From Chthonomonas calidirosea (GTDB taxonomy: Bacteria > Armatimonadota > Fimbriimonadia > Fimbriimonadales > Fimbriimonadaceae), in the NCBI GenBank assembly GCA_945859975.1, contig CAMAPH010000017.1, positions 1-54,742 on the forward strand: a stretch of 54,742 nucleotides of DNA, written 5' to 3'. Within the stretch, counting starts at the first letter, position 1. Each line of letters starts with the position of its first letter. Under the pieces are notes generated by a model. It searched no databases. It worked only from the letters and a program-made list of their open reading frames with translations, and was not told the origin of the DNA. The position numbers were made by a program, and so were the translations under genes. This document shows positions 28,480-41,474 of the stretch, in pieces.

Positions 28480-29321
28480 GCGATCAGAGTTCGAAGCGCA
28501 GCTCCAACCGATGCCGGCTTCATAACAATGCACTCCACATCGCCGTACCCTTCCGCCAGCAGGCGTGCGGCCAGCGCTTGGCCCTCCGGCGCACGGATCA
28601 GCAATCCTTCCGGGTGCCGCTGGACCGAAACCTGGAACGGGGACACCAAAGCCCGCACCGCGCCTTGATGCTCAGTTCGTACGATCATCTCGGTCTCCGA
28701 CACCCGCGTCAGCAACTCCTCCACGCGCCCCGCAAACCGCACCTCAAGCGCGCTGAGCACTATCACCGCATCGCAAAGCTCCACGATTTCGGGCCGGTGG
28801 GTCGCAATGACATCGCATACACCCGCGCTGCTGCCCTTTTCTAAATGCCCCCAAACCGAATCAAAGGTCCAAGGGTCCAGATCATCAAGCTGGCCATCCC
28901 AGAGCCGAACATCTGCCGATGAGCTGAGAAGGGCAAGCGTCTCCGCCGCGGCTTCTTGGCTTGGCGAAAGGTCAGAAACCGAATGTGCCCGAACATCCCA
29001 GAGCCGCGTTGCGACGAGGAGTTCCGTGGACTGCGACGCTGAATTCTCTTGAGTCCGCTTCGCGATCGTTTGCGGCTTGCTCCTCGGAGAGAGCGTTCCC
29101 GGTTCAAGAAAGAACACCTCACCTTCAGAGTGAACGCTCCCTTCTTCCAGTCGATCCTGTCCCGCGATTGCCCGGAGCAGCCGAGATTTGCCCGATGCTC
29201 CTGGCCCCACGACGGCGAGCCGCTGGCCGGCCGCGAGCGACAGGGTCATTGCCAAGCCCCGTCCGCAAAGGCGAACCTGGCTCAGCGCAACCCGATCAAC
29301 TCTCGATTGGACGGCATTCAT
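28476..29321 (-). CDS. ABC transporter ATP-binding protein with degenerate motifs
   Basis: Walker A GPGASGKS, signature LSPSQ, Walker B LWDGQ, H-loop ATH. Confidence 0.75.
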   Translation of the reverse strand: MNAVQSRVDRVALSQVRLCGRGLAMTLSLAAGQRLAVVGPGASGKSRLLRAIAGQDRLEEGSVHSEGEVFFLEPGTLSPRSKPQTIAKRTQENSASQSTELLVATRLWDVRAHSVSDLSPSQEAAAETLALLSSSADVRLWDGQLDDLDPWTFDSVWGHLEKGSSAGVCDVIATHRPEIVELCDAVIVLSALEVRFAGRVEELLTRVSETEMIVRTEHQGAVRALVSPFQVSVQRHPEGLLIRAPEGQALAARLLAEGYGDVECIVMKPASVGAALRTLIA

Positions 29322-30394
29322 ACGTTAGGCAAAACGAGCAGTTCCTTCGTGGAGTGGGTCAATCGCCGCACTCCGTTCTCCTCAACTACCACGTCATCTT
29401 CGATTCGCACGCCACCGAATCCCGGCACATATGCTCCCGGCTCGATCGTCCAAACTTGCCCGACCTCGATGACATCTGTGCTAGTCGGAGACAAGCGCCC
29501 CGTGTCATGGACCAAGCGACCAAGCCCATGGCCCAATCCGTGGCCAAAGAACTTGCCAAGTTCGTGCTTGGTGAGAATGTCGCGAGCGATCGCGTCAACC
29601 TGAGCACCCGTCATGCCAGCCTTCATCTGCTCAAGAACCGCGACCTGAGATTCCAGAACTGCCGCATAGTGCTCGCGGTGCCGATCTGAAGCCTCACCCA
29701 CAACAACCGTTCTTGTAATGTCGGAGTTATAGCCGTTCAGACTCGCGCCAAAGTCCATGGTGACGAAGTCGCCGATCTCCAACTTCTTCTCGCTCGGCAC
29801 ACCGTGAGGGCGAGCGCTCCGCTCCCCGCTGACCACGATCGGATCGAAAGCGATTCCTGCACCTTGTCGCTTGAAGAAGAATTCAATCTCAATCGCGATA
29901 TCGAGTTCTGCAACGCCAGGCTGGATCAGGCGAAGCACATGATCGAAGCAAGCGTCGGCAAGATTGCACGCCGCTTCAAGCTTCTCAATTTCATCCGCAG
30001 ACTTGATCATTCGAAGTCCCGCGAAGGCGCCCTTCGATGGCCAGATTTGGATTCCGCTCCATTTCTGCTCGTACTCTTGCCACGCGTCGAAGGTGATCAC
30101 CGTGGGATCCAGGGCCAGCGACTTCACCCCAAGTTCCTTGAGGTTCTCAAGCACGAAATCAGAATCTAGGACCGGAGACTGGAAGCTGAAAACCGGCATC
30201 GAGCTGACCTGCTCGTTGGCCTGCAACGTGTAGCGACTATCGGTGATAAATCGGGCATCTTCCCGCGTTACGATCGCTTTACCCGCCGAGCCGGAGAACC
30301 CGGTGAGCCAACCGACGTTGACAATCTCGGTGACCAAGAGAGCGTCGACCCCTTCCGGGATTCGAGCACGAATTTTTTCTAGGTTGCTCATCAA
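29318..30394 (-). CDS. pepP: Xaa-Pro aminopeptidase (M24B)
   Basis: [55 protein letters not shown]. Confidence 0.93.
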   Translation of the reverse strand: MMSNLEKIRARIPEGVDALLVTEIVNVGWLTGFSGSAGKAIVTREDARFITDSRYTLQANEQVSSMPVFSFQSPVLDSDFVLENLKELGVKSLALDPTVITFDAWQEYEQKWSGIQIWPSKGAFAGLRMIKSADEIEKLEAACNLADACFDHVLRLIQPGVAELDIAIEIEFFFKRQGAGIAFDPIVVSGERSARPHGVPSEKKLEIGDFVTMDFGASLNGYNSDITRTVVVGEASDRHREHYAAVLESQVAVLEQMKAGMTGAQVDAIARDILTKHELGKFFGHGLGHGLGRLVHDTGRLSPTSTDVIEVGQVWTIEPGAYVPGFGGVRIEDDVVVEENGVRRLTHSTKELLVLPNV

Positions 30395-30843
30395 ACGATT
30401 TCCTTACGTAGGTTCAAAAGCGCATGAAGTGCGAGTTCGTAGCTAAACGCGCCGAACCCGACAATCTGCCCAACCGCTACCGGCGAGATGACCGAGATCC
30501 GTCGGAATTCTTCCCGCGAGTGAACGTTGCTGAGGTGAACTTCGACCACCGGAAGGCGAACGCTTGCAAGCGCGTCACGCAGCGAAATGCTGTAGTGCGT
30601 GAGACCGCCGGGATTGATAACAATCGCCTCCGCCCACTTTCGGTGCTCCTGAATCGTGTCGATCAGAATGCCTTCGGAGTTCGATTGAAGGATTCGGACT
30701 TCGATGTTCAGCCCTTTCGCCGCGGCGCGAATCTCGTTATCGATCTCTTCCAGCGGCTTCTTGCCGTAAATATCCGGCTCGCGAAAGCCCGTCATGTTCA
30801 GGTTTGGTCCGTGCAGAACCAAGACTTTCATCGGACTACTCAT
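30391..30843 (-). CDS. aroQ: Type II 3-dehydroquinate dehydratase
   Basis: [44 protein letters not shown] 30843 chosen. Confidence 0.96.
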   Translation of the reverse strand: MSSPMKVLVLHGPNLNMTGFREPDIYGKKPLEEIDNEIRAAAKGLNIEVRILQSNSEGILIDTIQEHRKWAEAIVINPGGLTHYSISLRDALASVRLPVVEVHLSNVHSREEFRRISVISPVAVGQIVGFGAFSYELALHALLNLRKEIV

Positions 30844-31040
30844 GATTTTTGCTCCAACAGTCGTGTTTTCATTTCTTCGGCGGGGATCACATTTTCGGGC
30901 AACAAGCGGGGAATGTCGTCGATGATCGGGAATCCGACCCCCGTCTTGGTGCAAATCAGGTAGTTGCCTTCAAGTCGCAAGGGCGGACGGTCCGGCTCTA
31001 GGGGGTTTGCAAGTAGGGCAAGGACTCGATCCGAAATCAT
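30840..31040 (-). CDS. Trm112/YcaR-like small protein
   Basis: LLA.P....L.....LIC......FPI.DDIP.LL; coupled to neighbours by overlaps. Confidence 0.8.
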   Translation of the reverse strand: MISDRVLALLANPLEPDRPPLRLEGNYLICTKTGVGFPIIDDIPRLLPENVIPAEEMKTRLLEQKS

Positions 31041-32143
31041 TTCTTGGTCTCCTGAAGCACCTCGGCATAAGCTGCCAAAGTCTTCTCTGCGGTAGAGGTC
31101 CAGCTAAAATCGCGTTCTCGCGCGCGACCCTGCTCAGACATTCGCTTGAGCTTACTCGGGTCGGATAGCACCTGCTCAATTTTTGCCGTCCAGTCCCGCG
31201 TTTCCCAGGAGCGGATGAGCGCCTCCTGGTTGGCCACAACTTCCGGCAACGCCCCGCCCATGCTGCTAAGCACCGGGCAGCCGCAACGAAATGCTTCGAG
31301 AACGGGAATGCCAAACCCTTCATGAAAGCTTGGTGCCAAATATAACTCCGCCGCGGAATACAGCGCGGACAGAGACCGATTCGACACGTACCCGGTCGCG
31401 ATTCCCCGCTCGCCGTACCCATCTCGGCTGGCTCCCTTTTTCCCGGTCACCAAGAGGCGATGCGGCAACTCTGACCGAAGTCCAGACATGGCCCGAATAG
31501 CTAGATCCATGTTCTTCCGCTCCCAGCGTGTGCCCACCGTCAGCACATAGGGCTCCATGACGCCAAACTCGGACTGCACCTGCATCCGAGCCGTTTCCCG
31601 ATCCATCGCCTGGATCCAGCTCGGCGTCGCGTTGTACACCGCGCGCACCTTCCCCTTCGCCGCGGGAATGTACTGCTCGATTTCTGACTGACTCGTTTCC
31701 GAAACCGTCATCACTCGCTTTGCCCTTCGACAAGCCGACCGGACGCCCAACTGAAGCAAGTTTCGGTTCTTCGCGGAAAACCACTGCGGGCCGATGAAGA
31801 AGCTGACATCGTGCACCGTCGTGATGGCGGGAGTTCGCATCAGTGGGCTGATGCTGTATTGCGTGTGCGCGATGCTCGCCTCAAGTTTTCGCACCGTCTG
31901 CGGAAACGTCACCAGGTTCCACCATCGGGACGACCCTGCTGGAGCGTGAACCCACCGTAAATGACTGGATGCCGGAAACTCCGGCGGCTCAGCAATCGGG
32001 CTCACGAAGCAAATCTCAAGGTCCAACGACAGCTGAGAAAGCCCCTCAATGAGCCCACTCCAGTAGGTGCTGTCTCCCGTTGAGGTTCCGTACGCCAAAG
32101 AAGCATCCAAGGCAATTCGGGTTCTGGGAATCTCTTTGGCCAT
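31037..32143 (-). CDS. GT4 glycosyltransferase (MtfB-like)
   Basis: TTVHDVSF, TVSETS..EI, VGT...RKN, PSFHEGFGIPVLEAF.CG.PV, FSW..TAEKT; ATG 32143 chosen. Confidence 0.9.
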   Translation of the reverse strand: MAKEIPRTRIALDASLAYGTSTGDSTYWSGLIEGLSQLSLDLEICFVSPIAEPPEFPASSHLRWVHAPAGSSRWWNLVTFPQTVRKLEASIAHTQYSISPLMRTPAITTVHDVSFFIGPQWFSAKNRNLLQLGVRSACRRAKRVMTVSETSQSEIEQYIPAAKGKVRAVYNATPSWIQAMDRETARMQVQSEFGVMEPYVLTVGTRWERKNMDLAIRAMSGLRSELPHRLLVTGKKGASRDGYGERGIATGYVSNRSLSALYSAAELYLAPSFHEGFGIPVLEAFRCGCPVLSSMGGALPEVVANQEALIRSWETRDWTAKIEQVLSDPSKLKRMSEQGRARERDFSWTSTAEKTLAAYAEVLQETKK

Positions 32144-32197
32144 TGAGTGGTTCACAATAGTACGTAGCTTTATTGTGCGCTCTCTGGACCTGAACTC

Positions 32198-32602
32198 ATG
32201 AAGAAACAATCTAAACCAACCGGCCTGATCATCAGCTTGGTGCTCATCCTCGCCATGGCCTTTGGCTTTAACGCGTACCAAAGCGGTCTGCTCGATAGCC
32301 TCGCGCCAAAGCCAACCGCCGCTGCCCCAACGGAAAGCACCACGACTGCCGAATCTATTGGCAAAACCACCAATAACCTCGTCAGCGCGGCTATCGCCGA
32401 TGAAAAGCCAAAGGAAAAGGATAAGGAAACCTTCCTAGCCGAAGCCGAAGAAAAGAAGAAGAACATCGAGCGAAAAATGAACCCAGCAACCTCGGGTCTT
32501 CCGCTCATGGCTACGCCAAAGCAAACCATGGCAAAGCCCGTGCCTAGCGATTCTTCGATCTCCACGCAGTGGTACACCGACAAGACCCGAAAGCCAAACT
32601 AA
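32198..32602 (+). CDS. Hypothetical membrane-anchored/secreted protein
   Basis: N-terminal TM, low-complexity linker, C-terminal KP.P.DSS.STQWY. Confidence 0.65.
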   Translation: MKKQSKPTGLIISLVLILAMAFGFNAYQSGLLDSLAPKPTAAAPTESTTTAESIGKTTNNLVSAAIADEKPKEKDKETFLAEAEEKKKNIERKMNPATSGLPLMATPKQTMAKPVPSDSSISTQWYTDKTRKPN

Positions 32603-32608
32603 GCTCGC

Positions 32609-33373
32609 TTAGTGGGCGATGAGGTGCATGGCACCATCTAGCTCAACACGCCGGAACTTGACCGAGAACACTTGGTCAAGCTCCGGGCTGGCAAGAACTT
32701 CCTCAACCGAGCCCGCTTTCGCAATCTGACCCTGCGAGATCAAAATACAGCGACTCGCCATTCTGGAAACCAGATTCAAGTCATGAATCGCCGAAATCGC
32801 GGCGCCACCGTCGGCCACATGCCGGGCCACCAAATCTGCGACTCCAAGCTGGTGCGCAATGTCCAGGTGACTTGTAGGCTCATCAAGAAGCAGTAGATCA
32901 GACTCCTGAGCAATCGCCCTCGCGACCAACGCCCTCTGCCGCTCTCCTCCGCTGACCTCCGACATTCGCCGCCCCGCAACGTGGATGCAGTCCGCGATCT
33001 CCATCGCCCGCACGACCGTTTCCCGGTCCGCATCTGATTCGAACAGCCCATTCCCCCGAACCATCCGCCCCATGCTCACAACTTCTTGAACGGTGAACGC
33101 AAACGGCGGGGTCTCATCCTGCGGCACGAAAGCGATTTGCCGCGCGATTTCATCCGACTTTTGGCTTTGCAACGACTTCCCTTGGAGGGTTATTTCGCCC
33201 GCCGTTGGCTTGACTCCACCGCAGATTGAGTTCAGCAGGGTCGATTTCCCGCTCCCGTTCGGCCCGATCAGCGCCAGACTCTCACCGGGAAAGACCTCGA
33301 AGGAGATGTCCCGTAGCACGACTTTGTCGCGGTAACCCGCGCTCAGACCTTCGACCTTCAAAAGCGGCGTCAA
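32609..33373 (-). CDS. Iron-siderophore/cobalamin-type ABC transporter ATP-binding protein
   Basis: GPNGSGKST, FVPQ, FTV.EVV.MGR, SGGERQR, LLLDEPTSHLD.HQ, HDLN. Confidence 0.9.
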   Translation of the reverse strand: MTPLLKVEGLSAGYRDKVVLRDISFEVFPGESLALIGPNGSGKSTLLNSICGGVKPTAGEITLQGKSLQSQKSDEIARQIAFVPQDETPPFAFTVQEVVSMGRMVRGNGLFESDADRETVVRAMEIADCIHVAGRRMSEVSGGERQRALVARAIAQESDLLLLDEPTSHLDIAHQLGVADLVARHVADGGAAISAIHDLNLVSRMASRCILISQGQIAKAGSVEEVLASPELDQVFSVKFRRVELDGAMHLIAH

Positions 33374-35376
33374 GCGAGCGTGCCTCCGCTAAAGGCCTGG
33401 AACAGCGCGTTGTAGAACCCACCGCGCGCCATGAGTTCCGTGTGCGAACCAGTTTCAACCACTTCTCCCGCCCGAAGCACCAATATCCGATCTGCCCGGG
33501 CAGCGGTCGTCAACCGGTGCGCGACCAGCAGTGTTGTTCGGTCCTGCATCACTTCATACAACGCTTCCGTGACGGCCTTTTCGCTCTCGGCATCGAGCGC
33601 GCTGGTGGCTTCGTCAAGAATCAAAACGCGCGGCTTGCGCACGATGGCCCGCGCAATTGCGACCCGCTGCCTTTGACCACCGCTCAGGCGAACGCCAGAT
33701 TCGCCAAGCTCACTCGTTGGCCGCGCCGCCAACTCTCGCGAAAACTCTGCCGCGTGCGCTTGCTCCAACGCCCAAGTCACATCCTCGTCTGACGCCGCCT
33801 GCGCTCCGAGACGAACGTTTTCCGCGATCGTGCCTGCAAACAAGAACGTGTGCTGCGGCACCACGCCAAATTGCTCTCGCAACCACTTCGGGTCGAGCTC
33901 GGAGATATCCGTGCCGTCCAGTGTGATCCGCCCTTCACTTGGTTCATAGAATCGAAGTAAAAGGTCAGTAATCGTGCTCTTGCCCGCTCCGCTAGGTCCG
34001 ACCAAAGCAAGCGAGGTCCCCGTCGGAATCTCAAAAGTAACGTTGTTCAGCGCGAGCGTGCCGTCCGGATAGCGGAACGTGACGTTCTCAAAAGCGATTG
34101 CCCCCTGAATCGAAGGCAGGACCAACTTAGAACTCTCCGCATCCGATGGTTCCGGCACGTCAAGCACTTCCCGATGCATCCGGTCGCTCGCAGCCGTTAC
34201 TTGACTGTAGGTGTTGGCAACATTGCCAAGGCTGCGGAACCCCTGATTGATCCGGTCGAGGGCAAAGATCAGCGCCGCAATCTGGCCTAGCTGAAGCAGC
34301 CCGAGATAGCTGAGCCAACCGCACAGATACAAAACCGCCGCAAGCGCACCCGCCCCGAGCAACTCCACCAACGGCCGAAGCGCCGCTGTTGTTCTCGCCG
34401 CATGAAGCTGGCTGCCAAGACTCCGATCTGTCAGCGCACTAAAACTCGCAAGAACGCTCGACTCGGCCGCGAACGCCTTCACCACCCGATGCCCGGCTAG
34501 CGCTTCGGTCGACATCGCCGCAACCTCCGCCAGATCATCCTGCGCCTGACCTTGCGCTGCCTTGACCTTTCGCCCATTCTTCTGGATCACGAACGCCATG
34601 ATCGGGATGAACAACGCCGCCACCGCCGCGAGCTGCCACTGGTAATAGAGGATAAAGCAGAAAGCGATCGTCGCCCGAATCGGCGCATCGATGCTGTCGC
34701 GGATGATGTTCACCGAGTTTTGGTAGACCGAAACATCGTTGGTCAAAACGCTCTGAATGGCACCCGCCCGCTTGTCCGTAAAGAAGCTGACCGGCAGTCG
34801 CTGAATCTTCGCGAACAGTTTCTTGCGAACATCCGCCGCCAAAGCCGCCCCGGCCTTGCTCATGTAGAACGCCTGCCCGCGAGTGAACCAGTACTTCAGC
34901 GCGAAGACCAAAATCACGAGGAACGAATACAGCCCGAGCCGCTGCACCGCGTCGGCATTCCCTTGAATCTTGTTCGCGGTCGCATTCACGGCCTCGGTTG
35001 CTTTTTCTTCCGAAACCTTGAGTCGGGCCGCGAGCCGAGCCGGCAATGTGCGCTTGCTCGTGTCGCGCTGAAAGACGTCATCCTCCATCAGGACGACGAG
35101 CGTTTCTTCTTCTTTCTTGCCCAACAACCCGGCCAGATCTCGAGCCCGCGCGCGAAGCTCCTCCCGCCGCTTGGTGAGAAGCGCCTCCTCACTCAAAGCC
35201 CGCGGCGCGGCTTCCTGGATGCTCGAAAACGACCGCTCGATCAGCGGGATCGTGAGTCCGTCGAGCAACGAAGTCACGAGAACACAAGCCAAACCAATAG
35301 CGATGGTCCGCCGATGCGGCTGAAGATCCGCCTTGATCCGCGGATCAAAGCCCTGAAATAGCGGAAATCGTTTCAA
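33370..35376 (-). CDS. ABC exporter, fused permease/ATPase (MsbA-like)
   Basis: 6 TM plus GPSGAGKST, LSGGQRQR.AIARA, LDEATSALD.ESE, AHRL; start uncertain (TTG 35376 or GTG 35409). Confidence 0.9.
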   Translation of the reverse strand: MKRFPLFQGFDPRIKADLQPHRRTIAIGLACVLVTSLLDGLTIPLIERSFSSIQEAAPRALSEEALLTKRREELRARARDLAGLLGKKEEETLVVLMEDDVFQRDTSKRTLPARLAARLKVSEEKATEAVNATANKIQGNADAVQRLGLYSFLVILVFALKYWFTRGQAFYMSKAGAALAADVRKKLFAKIQRLPVSFFTDKRAGAIQSVLTNDVSVYQNSVNIIRDSIDAPIRATIAFCFILYYQWQLAAVAALFIPIMAFVIQKNGRKVKAAQGQAQDDLAEVAAMSTEALAGHRVVKAFAAESSVLASFSALTDRSLGSQLHAARTTAALRPLVELLGAGALAAVLYLCGWLSYLGLLQLGQIAALIFALDRINQGFRSLGNVANTYSQVTAASDRMHREVLDVPEPSDAESSKLVLPSIQGAIAFENVTFRYPDGTLALNNVTFEIPTGTSLALVGPSGAGKSTITDLLLRFYEPSEGRITLDGTDISELDPKWLREQFGVVPQHTFLFAGTIAENVRLGAQAASDEDVTWALEQAHAAEFSRELAARPTSELGESGVRLSGGQRQRVAIARAIVRKPRVLILDEATSALDAESEKAVTEALYEVMQDRTTLLVAHRLTTAARADRILVLRAGEVVETGSHTELMARGGFYNALFQAFSGGTLA

Positions 35377-35435
35377 CGGTCTCGATGCGAGGGTACCGTG
35401 CCCGGGCACAGCTGCCCCAGTCCGTTACTCGTTCC

Positions 35436-35460
35436 GTAGCTCACCCGTCTCGGGTGAGTC
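35436..35460 (+). repeat. GTAG-family REP-like palindrome, copy 1
   Basis: GTAG-CTCACCCG-tct-CGGGTGAG; homologous to the copy at 43969. Confidence 0.65.
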
Positions 35461-35500
35461 CGCACAGACAAGACTCGGTTTTGCCTACGACAGATCGAAC

Positions 35501-35522
35501 GCAGGCGGGAAGCCTACGCTAC
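35501..35522 (-). repeat. Second GTAG-type REP-like hairpin, inverted orientation
   Basis: Minus strand reads GTAGC-GTAGGC-ttccc-GCCTGC. Confidence 0.45.
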
Positions 35523-35550
35523 TTGTAGCAACATCTGATATCATTTTCTT

Positions 35551-35808
35551 ATGGCAACCGTTCAGCGAGCCGTTAGTTTACGTTTAACCGAAGCGACCTT
35601 CCAGGGCCTCAAAGATCTGGCGACTGCTCGAGGATTGAGCATGAATCGGGTCGTTGAAGAAGAGCTCCAAGCCACAATCCTCAGAGAAAAGTCAAAGAGG
35701 CTCTCAGAGGCTTTCAAAAAGATTGCCGAACAAGGGAAAGAGTACAACTCTGTCGAGTACGCCCACTCTGCCCAAGCCGAAATTGCGCTCTCGGGATCGA
35801 GCGATTGA
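35551..35808 (+). CDS. Ribbon-helix-helix antitoxin
   Basis: VSLRL.E..F..LK.LA..RG.SMN.VV; overlaps the toxin start; extended -10 TGaTATCAT 6 nt upstream. Confidence 0.8.
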   Translation: MATVQRAVSLRLTEATFQGLKDLATARGLSMNRVVEEELQATILREKSKRLSEAFKKIAEQGKEYNSVEYAHSAQAEIALSGSSD

Positions 35809-36152
35809 AGGTTCATCGCGGAGAAATTTGGCTAGTCAGTTGGGAGCCACATCGCGGATCAGAGCAGGCTGGCACCCGTCCGTCTCTCATCATCCAAGCC
35901 AACGAAGCGAACGAGTTGGAGTACTTTGAGAACACTATCGTTCTCGCCATGTCGACGACTCCCGCCGTTGATGATTTGCTCCATATCTCTGTCGAACCGA
36001 GCCGCCTTAATGGTCTAAGCAAGGCCGGCATTGTTCGCTGCGAGCAGGTGCTTACGGTCTCAAGGTCAAGGCTAATCCGAAAGTTTGGAATTCTGGAGCC
36101 AAGGTTCCTCGCCAAAGTGGACGCTGCTCTTCGAGCTGTGCTTGCACTATGA
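35805..36152 (+). CDS. mazF: PemK/MazF family toxin (endoribonuclease)
   Basis: RGEIWLV...P.RGSEQAG.RP.LIIQ, NGL.K.G...CEQV.TVS..RL...G. Confidence 0.93.
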   Translation: MKVHRGEIWLVSWEPHRGSEQAGTRPSLIIQANEANELEYFENTIVLAMSTTPAVDDLLHISVEPSRLNGLSKAGIVRCEQVLTVSRSRLIRKFGILEPRFLAKVDAALRAVLAL

Positions 36153-36283
36153 GGTGGGGTCAGATCTTTAGCCACAGGACTCACTAAGAGATTCTGTTCT
36201 CAACGTTGATCAAATAGGCTAGAAAACTGACGCTCTTCCGAAGAAACTATAGAGGTGAGCAAAACTGAAATTTTTGCTTTATT

Positions 36284-37141
36284 TTAACAGTAAGGCGACT
36301 TAGATTTTGAGAGCCTGAATCCTTTACGTTGAGACAGTTCCTCGTAGAGGAAGTCGTGTCGCTCAGATAAATTGAAGGGTCCCCGCTTCACCTCTTCTAT
36401 CGCACTATTCGAATCCTTCCACGTGTAAACTTTGCGAAGTTGATTCCCAATGCACTCAACTTTGCCCTGCCGCTCGAAGGGAATATTCAGGATACGGATC
36501 TCTTTCTCTTCACTTAAAATTGACAATTTCGTGCTTGCCAGACATACAAACAATGCTGCAATCAACTCGCGCGCCCGAGCCTGCGCTTCTTCATTCTTCC
36601 TAAGCCCTACTCCATTCAACGCTTCCAGAAACTTTTGGACATACTGATGATTCTGCTCTTCAATACTTTCAACATAACGACACCTGAAAGCAAGATTGAG
36701 TCGTTTTGACCCGCCGTTCAGTACTCCTAAATTAGTTAATCGCGTTGCATCGACTTTAAGTGCAACTCCTGCACCAGTGTCTCCGTAGCGCCGCCACATC
36801 AATGGTTGGTCGCCAAGTTCCGAAAAAGAAAGCACGTACACTTCTTGAATCGCGGATTCAAACTCGATTTTAGCCGTATGACGGGTACCGTCCGACCTCT
36901 GTCCAAGATCGAGCTCCTTTAGTGCGTCTCCAGCAACGAGGAGCCCATCTGTCACAAGTTCCCTGGGATCGTTCATCGTATGGATATGCGACAACCGGAA
37001 TCCACCCGTTAAGATCGAACTTAAGGCAGTTACACTTGTGTAATGCCACGCGGACGGGGGCTCCGCCAGTAATTCAACAGGCTCTGCTCCTGAGATTTCC
37101 TGAACAAACTGACTAATCTGGGATAGCTGGAGTGGGCGCAT
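36284..37141 (-). CDS. DUF2971 domain protein
   Basis: HYTS, MNDP.E, YVLSFS...DQ.LMW.RYG..G.GV.L, K....EEKE.R; visibly more AT-rich than flanks. Confidence 0.8.
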   Translation of the reverse strand: MRPLQLSQISQFVQEISGAEPVELLAEPPSAWHYTSVTALSSILTGGFRLSHIHTMNDPRELVTDGLLVAGDALKELDLGQRSDGTRHTAKIEFESAIQEVYVLSFSELGDQPLMWRRYGDTGAGVALKVDATRLTNLGVLNGGSKRLNLAFRCRYVESIEEQNHQYVQKFLEALNGVGLRKNEEAQARARELIAALFVCLASTKLSILSEEKEIRILNIPFERQGKVECIGNQLRKVYTWKDSNSAIEEVKRGPFNLSERHDFLYEELSQRKGFRLSKSKSPYC

Positions 37142-37156
37142 TACTTCGAACCCTTC

Positions 37157-38572
<1,416 letters not shown>

Positions 38573-38599
38573 GCGTAGATTCTACCGACGACCGATCGC

Positions 38600-39505
38600 T
38601 TAGGCCAAATACGAGCTTCGGCTGGATTCCGACAGGAAGGTTCGCAACGTCTTGACCGTCTCCACCGGGCGCTCTTCCGTCACAAAATGTCCGCAGCCCG
38701 CTAGCCGCGCAACCTCCGCCAGCGGAAACTCCCGCCAGAATCGGTTGAGCGCTTTCTCGCCAAAAGCGGGGTCGGCCATGCCCCAGATGAACTGCATCGG
38801 CAAGCCTTTCAGCTCTTCTCGCCGAGACCAGATCTCATCGAAAACCGGACCGCTTTCTAAAATCTGACGGAACTGCTTGTGCAACCCGTGCCGCGCTTCC
38901 TTCTCGTCGAATGGCGTAGCGTAAGCCGCCGAAACCGCTTCGGTGAATTTCGACTTATCGCCGAACATCGTCTTCATCAGCTTCTTCGCCGCGTTGATGT
39001 TCAGGAAGATCATCATCCCAAGCGGTCCGGTGGCGATCTTCCAAATGCGCTCGGCCGCCGCGTCGCCCTTCAGGTTCCATGCCCAAGAATTCATCATCAC
39101 AATCCGGCGAACGTTCGGCAAGTTGTTAAGGGCGTATTCGAGCCCAATTGGCCCGCCCATTCCGTGCAGCACCAGGGTCACGTTTTCCAATCCGCGCTCG
39201 TCGATGAGAACCTTCAGGTTCCGAGCGTGGCAAACCGGGCTGTAGCTCCAGTTTTCTGGCTTGTCCGAAAGCCCAAAACCGATGGCGTCCATCGCCACGC
39301 AACGGTAGTCCGATCGCAAGTCGCGAATCGCGTGCCGCCACTCATAGGACCACGTTGGCGTGCCGTGGACAAATACAATCGGGTCACCCGATCCCTCGTC
39401 GACAAAGTGCATGTTCCCTCCGTCGACCCCAATAAAATGACTCTTGAACGGATACTCCGTCCGGTTAATCCAACCTGCGGTGGCTCTTTCGATAACGAGG
39501 CTCAT
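38600..39505 (-). CDS. Alpha/beta hydrolase, haloalkane dehalogenase/OleB-like, nucleophile substituted
   Basis: HG.PTWS..WR, D.IGFGLSDKP, VLHGMGGPIG, WG..DP.F, GHF..EE. Confidence 0.85.
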   Translation of the reverse strand: MSLVIERATAGWINRTEYPFKSHFIGVDGGNMHFVDEGSGDPIVFVHGTPTWSYEWRHAIRDLRSDYRCVAMDAIGFGLSDKPENWSYSPVCHARNLKVLIDERGLENVTLVLHGMGGPIGLEYALNNLPNVRRIVMMNSWAWNLKGDAAAERIWKIATGPLGMMIFLNINAAKKLMKTMFGDKSKFTEAVSAAYATPFDEKEARHGLHKQFRQILESGPVFDEIWSRREELKGLPMQFIWGMADPAFGEKALNRFWREFPLAEVARLAGCGHFVTEERPVETVKTLRTFLSESSRSSYLA

Positions 39506-39652
39506 TGGCTCCTCCCCTATTCCCTACTTACTTGACGAACTCACAGATTCCCGGTTCGCAATTTTCCTCTTGCAATGAGCGAACCTTAACAAAACGCCAG
39601 AATCCTAGGTTCCAAAATTCTTTGGAGCTTCGAGTTTCATAACCTTCCCTAG

Positions 39653-41380
<1,728 letters not shown>

Positions 41381-41474
41381 TTCCTCGCGGGTCTTGACCT
41401 GATTGCCTAGGAAGCAATATAACTAGTAACTTTGCGAGGTTGAGTCCAGCCGTTTCTGGCGTAGCATTCGGTTA

